Shown one piece after another: positions 48,550 to 58,509 of a stretch of 64,000 nt of DNA. Numbering within the stretch: position 1 is the first letter of the stretch; each line of letters opens with the position of its first letter. The notes beneath the pieces were generated by a model. The model made no database searches and had not been told where the DNA came from. It saw nothing but the letters and a program-made list of their open reading frames with translations. Made by a program: the position numbers and the translations under genes. The stretch is from a virus. Location of the stretch: IMG/VR virus record IMGVR_UViG_3300014839_001411, positions 5,713 to 69,712 of that record. One strand, written 5' to 3'.

Positions 48550-48945
48550 ATGGCCCCTAACATTACTCCTGTTTTTGTTCTAATGCCCGCTTTACATATT
48601 GGAACGTTTAATACAGCCAACACCGGACGCGATGGCACGGGCACTATTCAATCCATGGTGACTGGATCGGCAAATGGCAATCGCGTCAAAAAGATCACGG
48701 TTCGCGCTTTGGCTACTACAGCCGCCGGGATGATCCGGTACTGGGTAAACGATGGTTCTGGTTGGAAATTGTGGATGGAAATTCCAGTTACAGCTATTAC
48801 CGCATCGGATCACGTGGCCGCCTGGGGCAACCAACTCCTTCTTCAAGGCGAGAATGCCCTTGTGCTGCCCACTAGTTACTCTCTGGGCGTTTCTACAGAG
48901 AAGGCTGTTGCATTCAGCTATGTCGTAGAAAGTGGTACTTACTAA
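48550..48945 (+). CDS. minor tail/structural protein
   Basis: ANTGRDGTGT, beta-rich. Confidence 0.55.
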   Translation: MAPNITPVFVLMPALHIGTFNTANTGRDGTGTIQSMVTGSANGNRVKKITVRALATTAAGMIRYWVNDGSGWKLWMEIPVTAITASDHVAAWGNQLLLQGENALVLPTSYSLGVSTEKAVAFSYVVESGTY

Positions 48946-50181
48946 ATGAACACAGGATTTCAATTCGCTCTAGGCCAAAACCAGGGCGCCTGGTACGGTA
49001 CAGGCGACCCAATGGACGCCGTGAACACGCAAGCTTCCGGCGTCGGAATGTGTAATCCTGGAGTTATCACAAATTCTTCCGGGATGATCTACAACAACTT
49101 CAACTTCCAAAACGGTCTCCAGACCATGGGGATCGACAATGTTACATCCACCTTCATGCTGGGTTCGGACATCAGTGCACCTGCTACAACGTCTTTTCTG
49201 GTGACGGGTTCTCAGCTTATATACAACGGAGAGACCCTCTCCGGCGGAGATGTTCTCTTTGGCGACAATACTGCCGGAAAAGCCAACATGCACTGGAATT
49301 CAATGGCGGGGCAATTGGAGTTTCGAGGCGGGACTACCGTCAATGCCTATGTAGATGTAGATGGGAGTATCAAGGCTGCCGGTGGTGCTTTGACACTGAA
49401 TGCGACTGGCTTGACTATTCAGTCCGGTATAGGTTCTCATCATAATATCGCGTGGGTTGAAGCCGGAAGCGGGAACACACTACTGTACATCAATTCTCAG
49501 CAGTCTTCTTCGTACTCCGATGCCTATTTTATGGTGTCGGCAGACCCATCTGGGTTTATGGCAAACGCCTCCATGGTACTCCGTGCTTCTGCGCAAGACG
49601 CAAGAAACGCCAATATCAATATGATAGCAATCAACGGAACCAGCACATCGATTTCGTTAGATGCCGATTTTGTTGGCATAAACACATTGTCTCCTTCTAA
49701 AAACCTGGATGTTAACGGTACGATGGGCGTGTCGGGTACTGCTACTCATAGCGGAGACTTGGTTGCTAATGGCAAATTCCCGGTTCGCATAATATTGTTT
49801 ACAGGATGCGGCAACGCAACTGTTCCTAATGGGGCAACATATTCCGCTGGCCCTGGATCTGGAACTATATCCGCGACGATTACCAATAATCTACTCAGCT
49901 CCTTTCCCGGAACCCTGATTGTGGATCGTGCTTATGTTCAAACCGCAACGTCACAGCCGTCAAGCGGATCTCTTGTTATTTCCGTTGCGCTCGCCGGCGT
50001 CACCTCTTCTATAAGCATTACTGTTCCTGCCGGCTCAGCAAGTGGAAATTACTACGATATTTCCCACACTGGAGGCTGGGCATCCGGTACCGGTTTTTAC
50101 TGGATACTTCAGAACAACGCAACTGCCGCGAGTTGCCAAATTCGCAGCATCTCGACGAGTGCATATTCTACAAGCATGTAA
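48946..50181 (+). CDS. tail fibre/receptor-binding protein
   Basis: VGINTLSPSKNLDVNGT fibre repeat, Ser/Gly/Thr-rich. Confidence 0.7.
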   Translation: MNTGFQFALGQNQGAWYGTGDPMDAVNTQASGVGMCNPGVITNSSGMIYNNFNFQNGLQTMGIDNVTSTFMLGSDISAPATTSFLVTGSQLIYNGETLSGGDVLFGDNTAGKANMHWNSMAGQLEFRGGTTVNAYVDVDGSIKAAGGALTLNATGLTIQSGIGSHHNIAWVEAGSGNTLLYINSQQSSSYSDAYFMVSADPSGFMANASMVLRASAQDARNANINMIAINGTSTSISLDADFVGINTLSPSKNLDVNGTMGVSGTATHSGDLVANGKFPVRIILFTGCGNATVPNGATYSAGPGSGTISATITNNLLSSFPGTLIVDRAYVQTATSQPSSGSLVISVALAGVTSSISITVPAGSASGNYYDISHTGGWASGTGFYWILQNNATAASCQIRSISTSAYSTSM

Positions 50182-50190
50182 GGAGACAAA

Positions 50191-50385
50191 ATGTCAGATC
50201 CAAATTTCTATCAAACCGTGAAAGTTGGCGACGAGGTTTATTGTGGAGACGCCCACTACGGTGGCGTTCCATTGGTGTACAAAGTCATTGAAATCAACGG
50301 GAACGAATATCACTTGCTTGATACAGTGAACGGTCACACGGTCTTTATTCCGGATGACCCAACTCAAATCAAACCTATCAAATAA
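50191..50385 (+). CDS. hypothetical protein
   Basis: AAGGAG RBS. Confidence 0.55.
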   Translation: MSDPNFYQTVKVGDEVYCGDAHYGGVPLVYKVIEINGNEYHLLDTVNGHTVFIPDDPTQIKPIK

Positions 50386-50396
50386 CGGAGACGCAC

Positions 50397-50711
50397 ATGA
50401 AAAAAAATCTGAACCAACCCATTGTAAATCTTGAAGACAAGCCGATTGTCGATCCCGAACGCGAGGGTTCGCCCTCGTTGACGCTGGCGCATGTTTGCAT
50501 GAATGCTTTGCTTTCAAGGAAGCCCAATGAGACGATTTCAGGAGAAGAACAAGTCCGGCGCATGGGTTTCGCTCTTCGCATCAAAGCCGCCGAGAAAGAT
50601 AATGTTTTGATCGACCTGACAAGCGAGGAAGTTGTGTTACTCAAAACTCAGATTGTCATCATTTACAACACGTTGATCACCGCTCGATGCTTGGTTATGC
50701 TGGAAGAATAA
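50397..50711 (+). CDS. small tail-fibre-associated protein
   Basis: Position; IDLTSEEVVLLK. Confidence 0.5.
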   Translation: MKKNLNQPIVNLEDKPIVDPEREGSPSLTLAHVCMNALLSRKPNETISGEEQVRRMGFALRIKAAEKDNVLIDLTSEEVVLLKTQIVIIYNTLITARCLVMLEE

Positions 50712-50735
50712 ATATCTTATTGGTAGGAGTATATT

Positions 50736-51194
50736 ATGCTGGAAGATCCATTGAAAGGAGATCCCCAGGGGAACGTTTTAGCTCAAATCCTGACCGCGCT
50801 AGGCGGCTTCAATGCCCGCCTCATCGACATTAACGAGCATGTTCAGGATAGTCATCGCGCCCTGAGAGGGTACGATGCAGAGCCCGGCTTAGTGGCGATC
50901 ACCGATGAGCTGCGCAAGGAAGTGGTGGAGTTGAGTCACAACACCTGTGCCGACCACGATACCCTCGCTGCATTGGTGAAGCGTATTGACGCTCTTGAAC
51001 AATACAACGTCGACTACCCTCCTCTTGTCTGGTTGATGCGCCACAAACTCAAGGTAGTCCTCTTCTGGGCCGCCGGCGGGCTGGCGCTCATGACCATCCT
51101 GCTTTCCCCCGTTCTCAACAAGGACTTTGTCGCGATGATCCTGCATCTGCTTAGGATCCCCCAGGAAGTGATCGACTTCTACGTTGGGAAGTAA
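50736..51194 (+). CDS. coiled-coil membrane protein (possible lysis accessory)
   Basis: Coiled coil followed by a TM helix at end of late operon. Confidence 0.5.
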   Translation: MLEDPLKGDPQGNVLAQILTALGGFNARLIDINEHVQDSHRALRGYDAEPGLVAITDELRKEVVELSHNTCADHDTLAALVKRIDALEQYNVDYPPLVWLMRHKLKVVLFWAAGGLALMTILLSPVLNKDFVAMILHLLRIPQEVIDFYVGK

Positions 51195-51228
51195 AATAAG
51201 AGGTGACTTTCTCTTTACATCAAGCCTT

Positions 51229-51262
51229 CAAGAAACCCTCCTTTATGAGGGTTTCTTCTTGT
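51229..51262 (+). terminator. late-operon terminator
   Basis: AAGAAACCCTC-CTTTAT-GAGGGTTTCTT. Confidence 0.7.
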
Positions 51263-51434
51263 TCATCAACTTTTTATTCCTTTTCATCCTTCTACCTTTA
51301 TCCTGTTGACAACAAACTCGCCGTTCTTATATTCTAAAAGAATTCCCACATCATAATAATCAAACCTACACCACATCTTTATCTCCGCCTTTAGGCCAAC
51401 CGTGTAGTATCCAATGGGATAAAGTGAGCATCCC

Positions 51435-51986
51435 ATGAAAACTAGTGTTTGGGATATTATTAAGAATACCATAGAAAGGATTGGTATCCACATGCCTACA
51501 TTCAATAAGGGAACATTCAAGCATGGCGGAGAACTTATAGAATATGACGCAAGGCCAATCAAAGGGTTCAAGATTTCTAGTATTCGCAGATGGGATAAGC
51601 CTTATGCTCCCGGTGATGCAGTTGAATTTACTCTATCGTTGAAAGGAGTTGGAGGAACTTTTGCAGGAGTTCAAATACTTGCACGTCAAAATGGTGGACA
51701 GTTGCAATGGGTAGCAAATTTTTCCGTTAAAAAAACAAAAGAGACTTATCGCGTGCCAGCTACAATTTTAAGTGGTCAAGGTTCTATTGACTATTATATG
51801 AGGTCTCTCGGATTTCCCGATCCGACTATACTTTTAGCGAGTGTAGAGCCAACCCATAATGATACTTGGATGGTTTTAATTGCTGGTGGGATCATAACAG
51901 GAATAATATCTTTAGGTTGTGTCATCGTAGCGTGGTTATTAGGGTTGTTTCAAGTCACCCCATATTGGAGATTGTTTATAAAATGA
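51435..51986 (+). CDS. AT-rich membrane-anchored hypothetical protein
   Basis: C-terminal TM helix. Confidence 0.55.
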   Translation: MKTSVWDIIKNTIERIGIHMPTFNKGTFKHGGELIEYDARPIKGFKISSIRRWDKPYAPGDAVEFTLSLKGVGGTFAGVQILARQNGGQLQWVANFSVKKTKETYRVPATILSGQGSIDYYMRSLGFPDPTILLASVEPTHNDTWMVLIAGGIITGIISLGCVIVAWLLGLFQVTPYWRLFIK

Positions 51987-52189
51987 TTAGGTAGTTATAT
52001 CGTTGACAGACCATTGAAGAAATTGTAGTGATTTTGGCAGTTTTTTTGGGGTCTGTCAATCATATACCAAGATTGAGGCAATTTCGTGTCAGATGTGGTA
52101 TTTGAGTTATAAAGGTAAGGGAATAATATACTTCGCAAACGCAAGGGTGAAATTAGAACAAAATTCTCAGAAACAACTGTGCTAACCTC

Positions 52190-52218
52190 TTGACGGCTCT
52201 AAGATTCGCGTATACAAT
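52190..52218 (+). promoter_or_regulatory. sigma70-type promoter
   Basis: TTGACG-17 bp-TACAAT. Confidence 0.6.
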
Positions 52219-52245
52219 TCCTTTAAACTTGCAGAAATGTAAGGA

Positions 52246-52352
52246 AAAAAAGAAACCCCGTGTTAGAAGCACGGGGCGATAATGAGAGTAGCAGACGGTT
52301 CATCTCCTCAGCTACTGGCTTTTAATATAGTCCAACTGTTCTATTTTGTCAA
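52246..52352 (-). ncRNA. candidate antisense small RNA with its own promoter and terminator
   Basis: TTGACA-17 bp-TATATT at 52352-52324; CCCCGTG/CACGGGG hairpin plus T run ending near 52246. Confidence 0.5.
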
Positions 52353-52410
52353 TACTTTTGTTCTATGTTAATAAGTGGGGAAAAGTAGCACGGCCTGCCA
52401 ACTCTCTTAA

Positions 52411-52724
52411 TCTTGTAGAGTGAATAGGCAGACCGTGCCAAAGGAAAACAACTATGTACAACTATACTACCAAAAAAGCTAGAATTGGAGACACCTTCCA
52501 TACTGGGCAAACATGTCCAGAGTCAGGTGTGTATGAGTTTGCATCTCATACCTCAGTTTCAAGTCATGTACCTACTGCGGGAGAAAGAACCATCCCTCTA
52601 GTAGCAGGAAAAACATTTCCCCCATGTCGCGGTTGTACTAGCGGCGTGATCTGGAAACTTAAGGAATACGCGTAAGCGTATATAGATAAACAATAGGTAT
52701 GGTCTGCCTATTCACTCTATAAGA
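52411..52724. repeat. 29-bp inverted repeat flanking the yjzC-like gene
   Basis: 52411-52439 vs 52696-52724, three mismatches. Confidence 0.85.
52454..52675 (+). CDS. YjzC-like small Zn-ribbon protein
   Basis: TGQTCPESGVY...IPLVAGKTFPPC..C...W. Confidence 0.75.
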   Translation: MYNYTTKKARIGDTFHTGQTCPESGVYEFASHTSVSSHVPTAGERTIPLVAGKTFPPCRGCTSGVIWKLKEYA

Positions 52725-52965
52725 CAAAGCGCCGCCCCATTGCTGGGGCGGCGTGCGTTAAATTCCTAATTTGCCTTGTTCTTCCTCTTTTTTGCTATCT
52801 TTTCTGCCTGCTTAAATGTTCCGTGTTCAGATGGAGGCATTGCAACTTCTCTATCATTCAAGAGGTCTTCGATTGTCGGGATTTGAATACTGGGTATTGT
52901 CGGCGCCATTCAGATGTTGTATAATAGGATAGACACTAACCTTAAAGAAAGGGCGGTAGGTCTGT

Positions 52966-53400
52966 ATGACCCGGTTGACAAAAGAGCAGGCTGATAAATT
53001 AGTAAAAGCCAAGAAAACTATTACATCTTCTGTTTCTTGGAAATCGGCTGGTAAGAATATTTGGAGATTGGAGGCTAGAGCGCTAACAACAAATACAAAG
53101 GAAATTTTAATCTTGAAAGGATATATTGGCAAAGTTAATTACAGCTTTGTATTATTGTATAATAATAATCCAATCCGAAAATTTACTAAACATTATAGGC
53201 ATACTTGGAACGGAATTGTATATCTCAAGCCTCACAAACATGTTTGGAATGAAGTAACCGAAGATAAAGAAGTATATATTCCGGGAGACATTGACCCCCA
53301 AAACGACATTAGCCATCAATTCTTAGCTTTTTGTACTGAATGTAATGTTGAAATAAAAGGCGGCTACCAGACCTTTTTGCTTGAAGAGACAAGAATATGA
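52966..53400 (+). CDS. DUF6978-like protein
   Basis: IRKF...H...PHKHVW; FLAFCTECNV; paired with next gene. Confidence 0.5.
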   Translation: MTRLTKEQADKLVKAKKTITSSVSWKSAGKNIWRLEARALTTNTKEILILKGYIGKVNYSFVLLYNNNPIRKFTKHYRHTWNGIVYLKPHKHVWNEVTEDKEVYIPGDIDPQNDISHQFLAFCTECNVEIKGGYQTFLLEETRI

Positions 53401-54182
53401 ATGAGTCTTTATGCGACACAACAATTGTGCAATTTATCAAGCATTTACAAGATGGTTTTACCGCGTATCAACTTGAAAATAGGTGTATCGTCATCACACC
53501 ATTTCTATACCCGGATTTTGCATCCATTGAATATTCAATTGAGCCCGTTGGTGATGGTTATTTATTAACTGACAACGCTGAAACGCTCAACATGCTTTAT
53601 ATAAATGGATTAACCGTTGAAACTAACCGAGATTTATATAAACAAATTTCGCAAATCGCAAAGAATTATGGTGCAGAGTTAAATGGATCTGATATTTCGG
53701 TAATCGCGCAGTTCAATAATCTCGGAGAGGCGTCCTACCGGCTTCTAAACGCGTTGCAAGCAATTGGACATATTCTATATAAACGTAGAGCAATTTCTTT
53801 CAACGCTTTTGAAGATGAAGTAGAAAAAGTGTTTATTGCCAATGAAGTTAAGTATGATTACAACTATTTGATTCAAGGACATGCAAACACCCATAAAATC
53901 AAGTTTCATGTAAACACCAACCGCAATGTATTAATTGAGCCAATCACGGCTGCGTCTTTTTCAAGTGCAAGGAATAAAGCCAAATTAGTGGCTTATAAGT
54001 GGTTGGATATTAGACAAGTTAATCAAGTTTTGCGCTTTGTAGCCGTCATTGACGATAGAGATAAAAAATGGGACAATGTATGGAGTGATGAAGAGGCGCG
54101 TCGTACTATTTTTACTCACTCGAATGATGTTATCCGATGGACAGAAGAACAAGCCAAATTAATTAATATTCTTACAAAGTGA
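53397..54182 (+). CDS. DUF1828/DUF1829-like protein
   Basis: IITPFLYPD, YLLTDNAETL, C-terminal restriction-fold-like region (QGHANTHKIKF). Confidence 0.65.
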   Translation: MNESLCDTTIVQFIKHLQDGFTAYQLENRCIVITPFLYPDFASIEYSIEPVGDGYLLTDNAETLNMLYINGLTVETNRDLYKQISQIAKNYGAELNGSDISVIAQFNNLGEASYRLLNALQAIGHILYKRRAISFNAFEDEVEKVFIANEVKYDYNYLIQGHANTHKIKFHVNTNRNVLIEPITAASFSSARNKAKLVAYKWLDIRQVNQVLRFVAVIDDRDKKWDNVWSDEEARRTIFTHSNDVIRWTEEQAKLINILTK

Positions 54183-54388
54183 TGGATTATATGACAACGG
54201 TAAATAAGAAAGATCAGAAAAGATAACAAACGAAAAACCAATATCACTCTACCCTTTTGATTTCAGAGAGATACTCGCGGCTACATTGAAAATAAAACCA
54301 AAATCAAAAACGCCCAAGAAGAAACAGAAGGGTCAAAAAAAGACTGGCTAGTTGCCAGTCTTTAGTTTATAAGCTAAACCTTATAAGT

Positions 54389-55465
54389 TCATTTATCAGA
54401 CTTTCTTCGGTTATCTTCTTTGCATCGCATCTTACAATTCTCAGAACTTGTTTTACCGCCTTCAATCCAGGGGGTTATATGGTCTGCCTCCATCTCTTCT
54501 ATCTTCCATTTCTTTTTACAATCAGGACAAATACCTTTTTGTCTTTCATACGCTTCCCTTTTTTGTTTATCATCAAACAATCGAATATTCAGGAACTTTT
54601 CTTTTCTTGTCAGGACATAAGAGTAAATACCTTTTTTGTTAGTTACATCTTCGTCCTCCATCAATTTGGCAATTTCCTTTTCCAACTTTTTTGCATCAAG
54701 TTTTTTGTCTTTATACTCATTGTATAAAAGCCCGAACGGAACTCCCTTCATTTCTTTACGATAGTTGATGAAGACTAATTTAACCCAATTAATTACTGCT
54801 TGAAAATATTCCCACAAAACTTTTGCGTTTTTGTCGCTCTGATGCTTTGACATGTAGCCCTCAATTTTTCCCTCTGAAATCCAGTCAATAGCAGTTTCTA
54901 AATATTCTTGTCGGTTAGCGGCTCCGCTTAAATAATCATCGCCTATTTTTGGACGGCTGTTTTTAGAAAAGTAGCGTTTGGCATCAGTAACCCATGAGCC
55001 TGAATAAACAGCATTTCGCAATTCTTGGCCTGTTAGTTCTTCTCCCGCAATGTTTATCGTTCTGAACCAATCTAACCTTTCGCTGTCAGTTCCTGAACAA
55101 AAATAAATCATCATGGGGTAGTTTAAAATCTGTTCTCGCTTATCTTTTAGGAGATTATGAAATGCTAATCCGTTAATTGAAAAATCACCAGCTACATATT
55201 GGCATATTGAAATTGTTCTTTGTTGTCCGTCTATTATTTCAAAGTTGCCATCATCGCGCACAGCCCAATACATTGCATTGAGGGGAAAATCATTTTTTAC
55301 GGTATTGATTACAGCGTCACGTTGCTTGTCTTTGTAGATAAACTCCCTTTGATAGGGCGGACGAATATCTAATTTGCCGCCATAGCCAACAACGCCATTT
55401 TCTTCGTTGTCTTGGTAGCCATTGGTTAATTCGCGGACTGTAATTTCTTTAAGTTCTATTTTCAT
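54389..55465 (-). CDS. DUF262 (GmrSD-N/ParB-like) + HNH endonuclease
   Basis: RPPYQREF, IIDGQQRT, CPDC...EADHITPW...GGKT...NC. Confidence 0.88.
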   Translation of the reverse strand: MKIELKEITVRELTNGYQDNEENGVVGYGGKLDIRPPYQREFIYKDKQRDAVINTVKNDFPLNAMYWAVRDDGNFEIIDGQQRTISICQYVAGDFSINGLAFHNLLKDKREQILNYPMMIYFCSGTDSERLDWFRTINIAGEELTGQELRNAVYSGSWVTDAKRYFSKNSRPKIGDDYLSGAANRQEYLETAIDWISEGKIEGYMSKHQSDKNAKVLWEYFQAVINWVKLVFINYRKEMKGVPFGLLYNEYKDKKLDAKKLEKEIAKLMEDEDVTNKKGIYSYVLTRKEKFLNIRLFDDKQKREAYERQKGICPDCKKKWKIEEMEADHITPWIEGGKTSSENCKMRCKEDNRRKSDK

Positions 55466-56493
55466 AATGTCATTGGCTTTCTGTTTTTAATTACAATGCG
55501 AACATAAATAGGCTTCCCGTTTACTTGTGCCAAATATTTTCCTTGTGTATCTTCAGTAGGCCCTTCCAAAATACTATATCGGTTTAACCCGTCAACGATT
55601 TCAAACTGGTCAGGATTGTATTTATCCATAAAGGTGATTGGAACGCCAATCGCGCCTTCATAACCCATAGGAATATCTTTTGTTTTATCTACATTGATAG
55701 CGTCGTAGTGGTCAAAGGTGGGATATTCTTCTGGTGTAAATGGCTTGTAAAGGATTAAATCTTCATGTCTTTCTTTATAGTCCAGATTTGTAAACCAACG
55801 AACCCCTTTAACGCGAATAAATTTTTTTCCTTCGTGGTCAATTCTGTAACTAGCCGCGCTGAGTGGATAATCATCAGGGATGCCGAATTCTCTGTCTCCA
55901 CTATGAATACTCGCACCCAACCATAATTTATTTTCTTTTATCAATTTGAATATTTCTTTGTAGGTGATTGCATTCATATTACCAATTATCAAAAACTTCT
56001 TGTCGTATTCTGTCAATTGAGCAACATATTCTCTGAATAAAGAAAACGGCGGATTGGTTACTACAACATCAGCCTGTTTCAGAAGTTCAATACATTCCTC
56101 GCTACGAAAATCTCCATCCCCTTTCAATGGTTTTACTCCAATTTCTTTCGGATCAGGTATGCTGTTCCCGTTTCTATCTCCAACGTATTCTAAATAAATG
56201 GCTTGTTCGGAGTCGTTTTGGCTAAACAAATCCATGTTCTGATTTTTATAGCAGGCAGTAATTAATTTTTTCAGACCCAGTTTTTCAAAATTATACGAAA
56301 AATAATGGAAGAAATTGCTGGTGCGTGGATCATCACAATTGCAATAAACCACTTTTCCCTTAAAGTGGTTTTTATAATGCTTCATTTCTTTTTCAATATC
56401 AGATAATTGAGTGTAAAACTCGTCCTTCTTAGCCGTGCTTGCACTTCGTAAGTTTCTGTTTTGCGCTTTTGTAGCCATTGTTCGCTTATCCAT
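55462..56493 (-). CDS. adenine-specific methyltransferase, EcoRI-like family
   Basis: DEFYT, VYCNCDDP, GDFRS, TNPPFSLFR. Confidence 0.9.
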   Translation of the reverse strand: MDKRTMATKAQNRNLRSASTAKKDEFYTQLSDIEKEMKHYKNHFKGKVVYCNCDDPRTSNFFHYFSYNFEKLGLKKLITACYKNQNMDLFSQNDSEQAIYLEYVGDRNGNSIPDPKEIGVKPLKGDGDFRSEECIELLKQADVVVTNPPFSLFREYVAQLTEYDKKFLIIGNMNAITYKEIFKLIKENKLWLGASIHSGDREFGIPDDYPLSAASYRIDHEGKKFIRVKGVRWFTNLDYKERHEDLILYKPFTPEEYPTFDHYDAINVDKTKDIPMGYEGAIGVPITFMDKYNPDQFEIVDGLNRYSILEGPTEDTQGKYLAQVNGKPIYVRIVIKNRKPMTL

Positions 56494-56665
56494 TTATTCC
56501 TCTATCAAGTCCTTTTTTCACATCCCCTGATTATACAATAAAGTCCGGTTATTCACCGGACTTTATGATTGTTTCTTTGTATATCAATCGCTTGCCTTCT
56601 ATCTGCTTGATTGTTTTATTCGTTCTGCATCGGTCAAGTCACGGCTGTTTCCTACGTCGGAAAGG

Positions 56666-57016
56666 TTATATCCCGATGCTCATAATCATCGACGTGCTGG
56701 GTTCCGGGAAAGTAGTTTCCGATAAAATCCCGGCCATGGCGGCGACTGCCGGGTTCAGTATGTGGATGACAACCATGAAGTTGTAGAACTCCATGCCGGT
56801 GACACTTCCGCGGGCATCCACCTTCGCCAATGCTTCAACCAAAGCTTTGCCGTTTTCGTCCTCCAGCCAGGGGAGAAGATCGCCCTTGACTGCTTGGATC
56901 ATCTCCGGGCTGACATCGGGAAAGTTTCTCTCCATCCATTCACTCGATGTCGATCTGGCCCGCTGCATTCCGAGCAGTAAAAGTCTTACCATTTTCATTG
57001 CTTCAGTTTGGTTCAT
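56666..57016 (-). CDS. hypothetical protein
   Basis: AAAGGA RBS, ATGA coupling. Confidence 0.55.
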   Translation of the reverse strand: MNQTEAMKMVRLLLLGMQRARSTSSEWMERNFPDVSPEMIQAVKGDLLPWLEDENGKALVEALAKVDARGSVTGMEFYNFMVVIHILNPAVAAMAGILSETTFPEPSTSMIMSIGI

Positions 57017-57450
57017 GAGTTTCCTTTGGAAAGTGGCAAGCCGCACCATCCGCAAATAGTTTCGCCAACAGGATTGGGGGCGCCGCAGTTTGAGCAATGG
57101 CTGTAATCCGGTACATTCTTCGGTGGATCCGTTGTATCAAGAGCGGTGGCTATGGCGTCAAATGCAAATCCCATTTCTCCACTTTCTTGTCCGTAATACC
57201 ATTTGATTTCAAGCAGTTGCCGCGCCTTCTTCTCTATTCTCTCCAGGCGAAGAACCTTATGGGTGGAATATTCCGCCATCTCGTTCCAGATTTTGACGGC
57301 CATCTCGTCGTCTTCCGCCGCCATGCCTCGCAAGCCACACTCCAGGCACGTTACAGCGATGCTTTGAAGGAAGTTTCCACATTGGGTTTCTTCTAAAACA
57401 GTGTCGCCGTTCTCTTCGCAGTAGGGACAGGGTTTGATGAGGGTATTCAT
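57013..57450 (-). CDS. Lar-like restriction-alleviation zinc-ribbon protein
   Basis: KPCPYC...VTCLECG...AVKIWN plus second Zn ribbon CSNCGAPN...CGWCG. Confidence 0.6.
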   Translation of the reverse strand: MNTLIKPCPYCEENGDTVLEETQCGNFLQSIAVTCLECGLRGMAAEDDEMAVKIWNEMAEYSTHKVLRLERIEKKARQLLEIKWYYGQESGEMGFAFDAIATALDTTDPPKNVPDYSHCSNCGAPNPVGETICGWCGLPLSKGNS

Positions 57451-57610
57451 TCTTCCGACAACCTTTCTCCGGGCCACAGGATAATGCAGCCATTGGTTTC
57501 CATGCTAACCGTGTCCAGGGTGTACTCTTCGTTTCCTTCTTCGTCAGACATCATGGTTACCCTGGCGGAAAGCGGAAGTCCTTCCAGTGCTTTTAGTAAT
57601 TGCTCAACTG

Positions 57611-58030
57611 TCATGCTATCTCCTTGTTTCCGTTGTCGGAAAGGTTTGTGACGGGATATCCTATTGCGGTGTTTGTGCTGCCGTTCTTGACTTTGTATAA
57701 GGTGGCGCAGTTCTTTCCATCATCATCAACATACAAATTTAAATCCCATTCATCGCCAATCCCGCGCCAGTCGTCTTCAGGGAAGTTTTGCGTATCTTGC
57801 TCGGCGACGATAGCACGTGCTTTTTGAATAACTTCATCGGGAACATGCGGCTTCAGATATTTTCCATCGCAATCGTACCAAGCGCCTTCTTTGGTGCGGA
57901 CCGACATGAGGCCCTGAGAGTAAACGAAGCCCACCACTCCATCAATAATGTCCCAGTTGGGCCCGATCTCACTGTCGTAATCCACGTGGTCGCCGGCCTT
58001 GAATTTGTACTTTGGTAGAACGCCTTTCAT
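57611..58030 (-). CDS. hypothetical protein
   Basis: KFKAGDHV SH3-like start; coupling. Confidence 0.55.
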   Translation of the reverse strand: MKGVLPKYKFKAGDHVDYDSEIGPNWDIIDGVVGFVYSQGLMSVRTKEGAWYDCDGKYLKPHVPDEVIQKARAIVAEQDTQNFPEDDWRGIGDEWDLNLYVDDDGKNCATLYKVKNGSTNTAIGYPVTNLSDNGNKEIA

Positions 58031-58509
58031 GACGCCCTTTCCCAGGCGATAGTAAGTTTCTCGCCGCGTCTGCCGGCGTCGTAAACTTCTTTCATGAAGC
58101 CAGTTACCTGCTCGCAAGATACAAGATCGCGTTCGATAATTGCATCCTCCGGATACTCACAAAGCAGAGCAACATGCAGTACCTTTGTTCCGTTGATTTT
58201 CATACCCTGTATCTCAAGGCCGTCGGAGTTGTTCCTTGACATGATTACGATATCGAAGGTCTTTGTTGGAGCGTCTTCACCGTTGAGTGCCGCGTAGAGC
58301 GCATCTACGGCAGCGCGCACTGTGTCTTCGGGTTCATCTCTCATGGCGTTGACGAGCACTTGCGCTGCGTCCTTGATCCGATGAAGCTCAAGCTGTTTTT
58401 CCTCGAACTCCAGGTTGCGCGCAGCACACCCATCGTTTTCGCAAACGAGTAAGATTGTGCTTCCTTCCACGAACCTGAACATTTTTTGACCGCATGTATT
58501 GCATTTCAT
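58027..58509 (-). CDS. hypothetical Zn-binding protein
   Basis: AAGGAG RBS; CNTC...CENDGC. Confidence 0.55.
   Translation of the reverse strand: MKCNTCGQKMFRFVEGSTILLVCENDGCAARNLEFEEKQLELHRIKDAAQVLVNAMRDEPEDTVRAAVDALYAALNGEDAPTKTFDIVIMSRNNSDGLEIQGMKINGTKVLHVALLCEYPEDAIIERDLVSCEQVTGFMKEVYDAGRRGEKLTIAWERAS

Noticed and set aside
43964-50181. Diversity-generating retroelement acting on tail genes
   Set aside because: No reverse transcriptase and no TR/VR repeat pair noticed
55462-56493. True EcoRI (GAATTC) restriction-modification system
   Set aside because: Family resemblance only; the partner is DUF262-HNH rather than an EcoRI-type nuclease, and GAATTC is not avoided in the window (e.g. 580-585)
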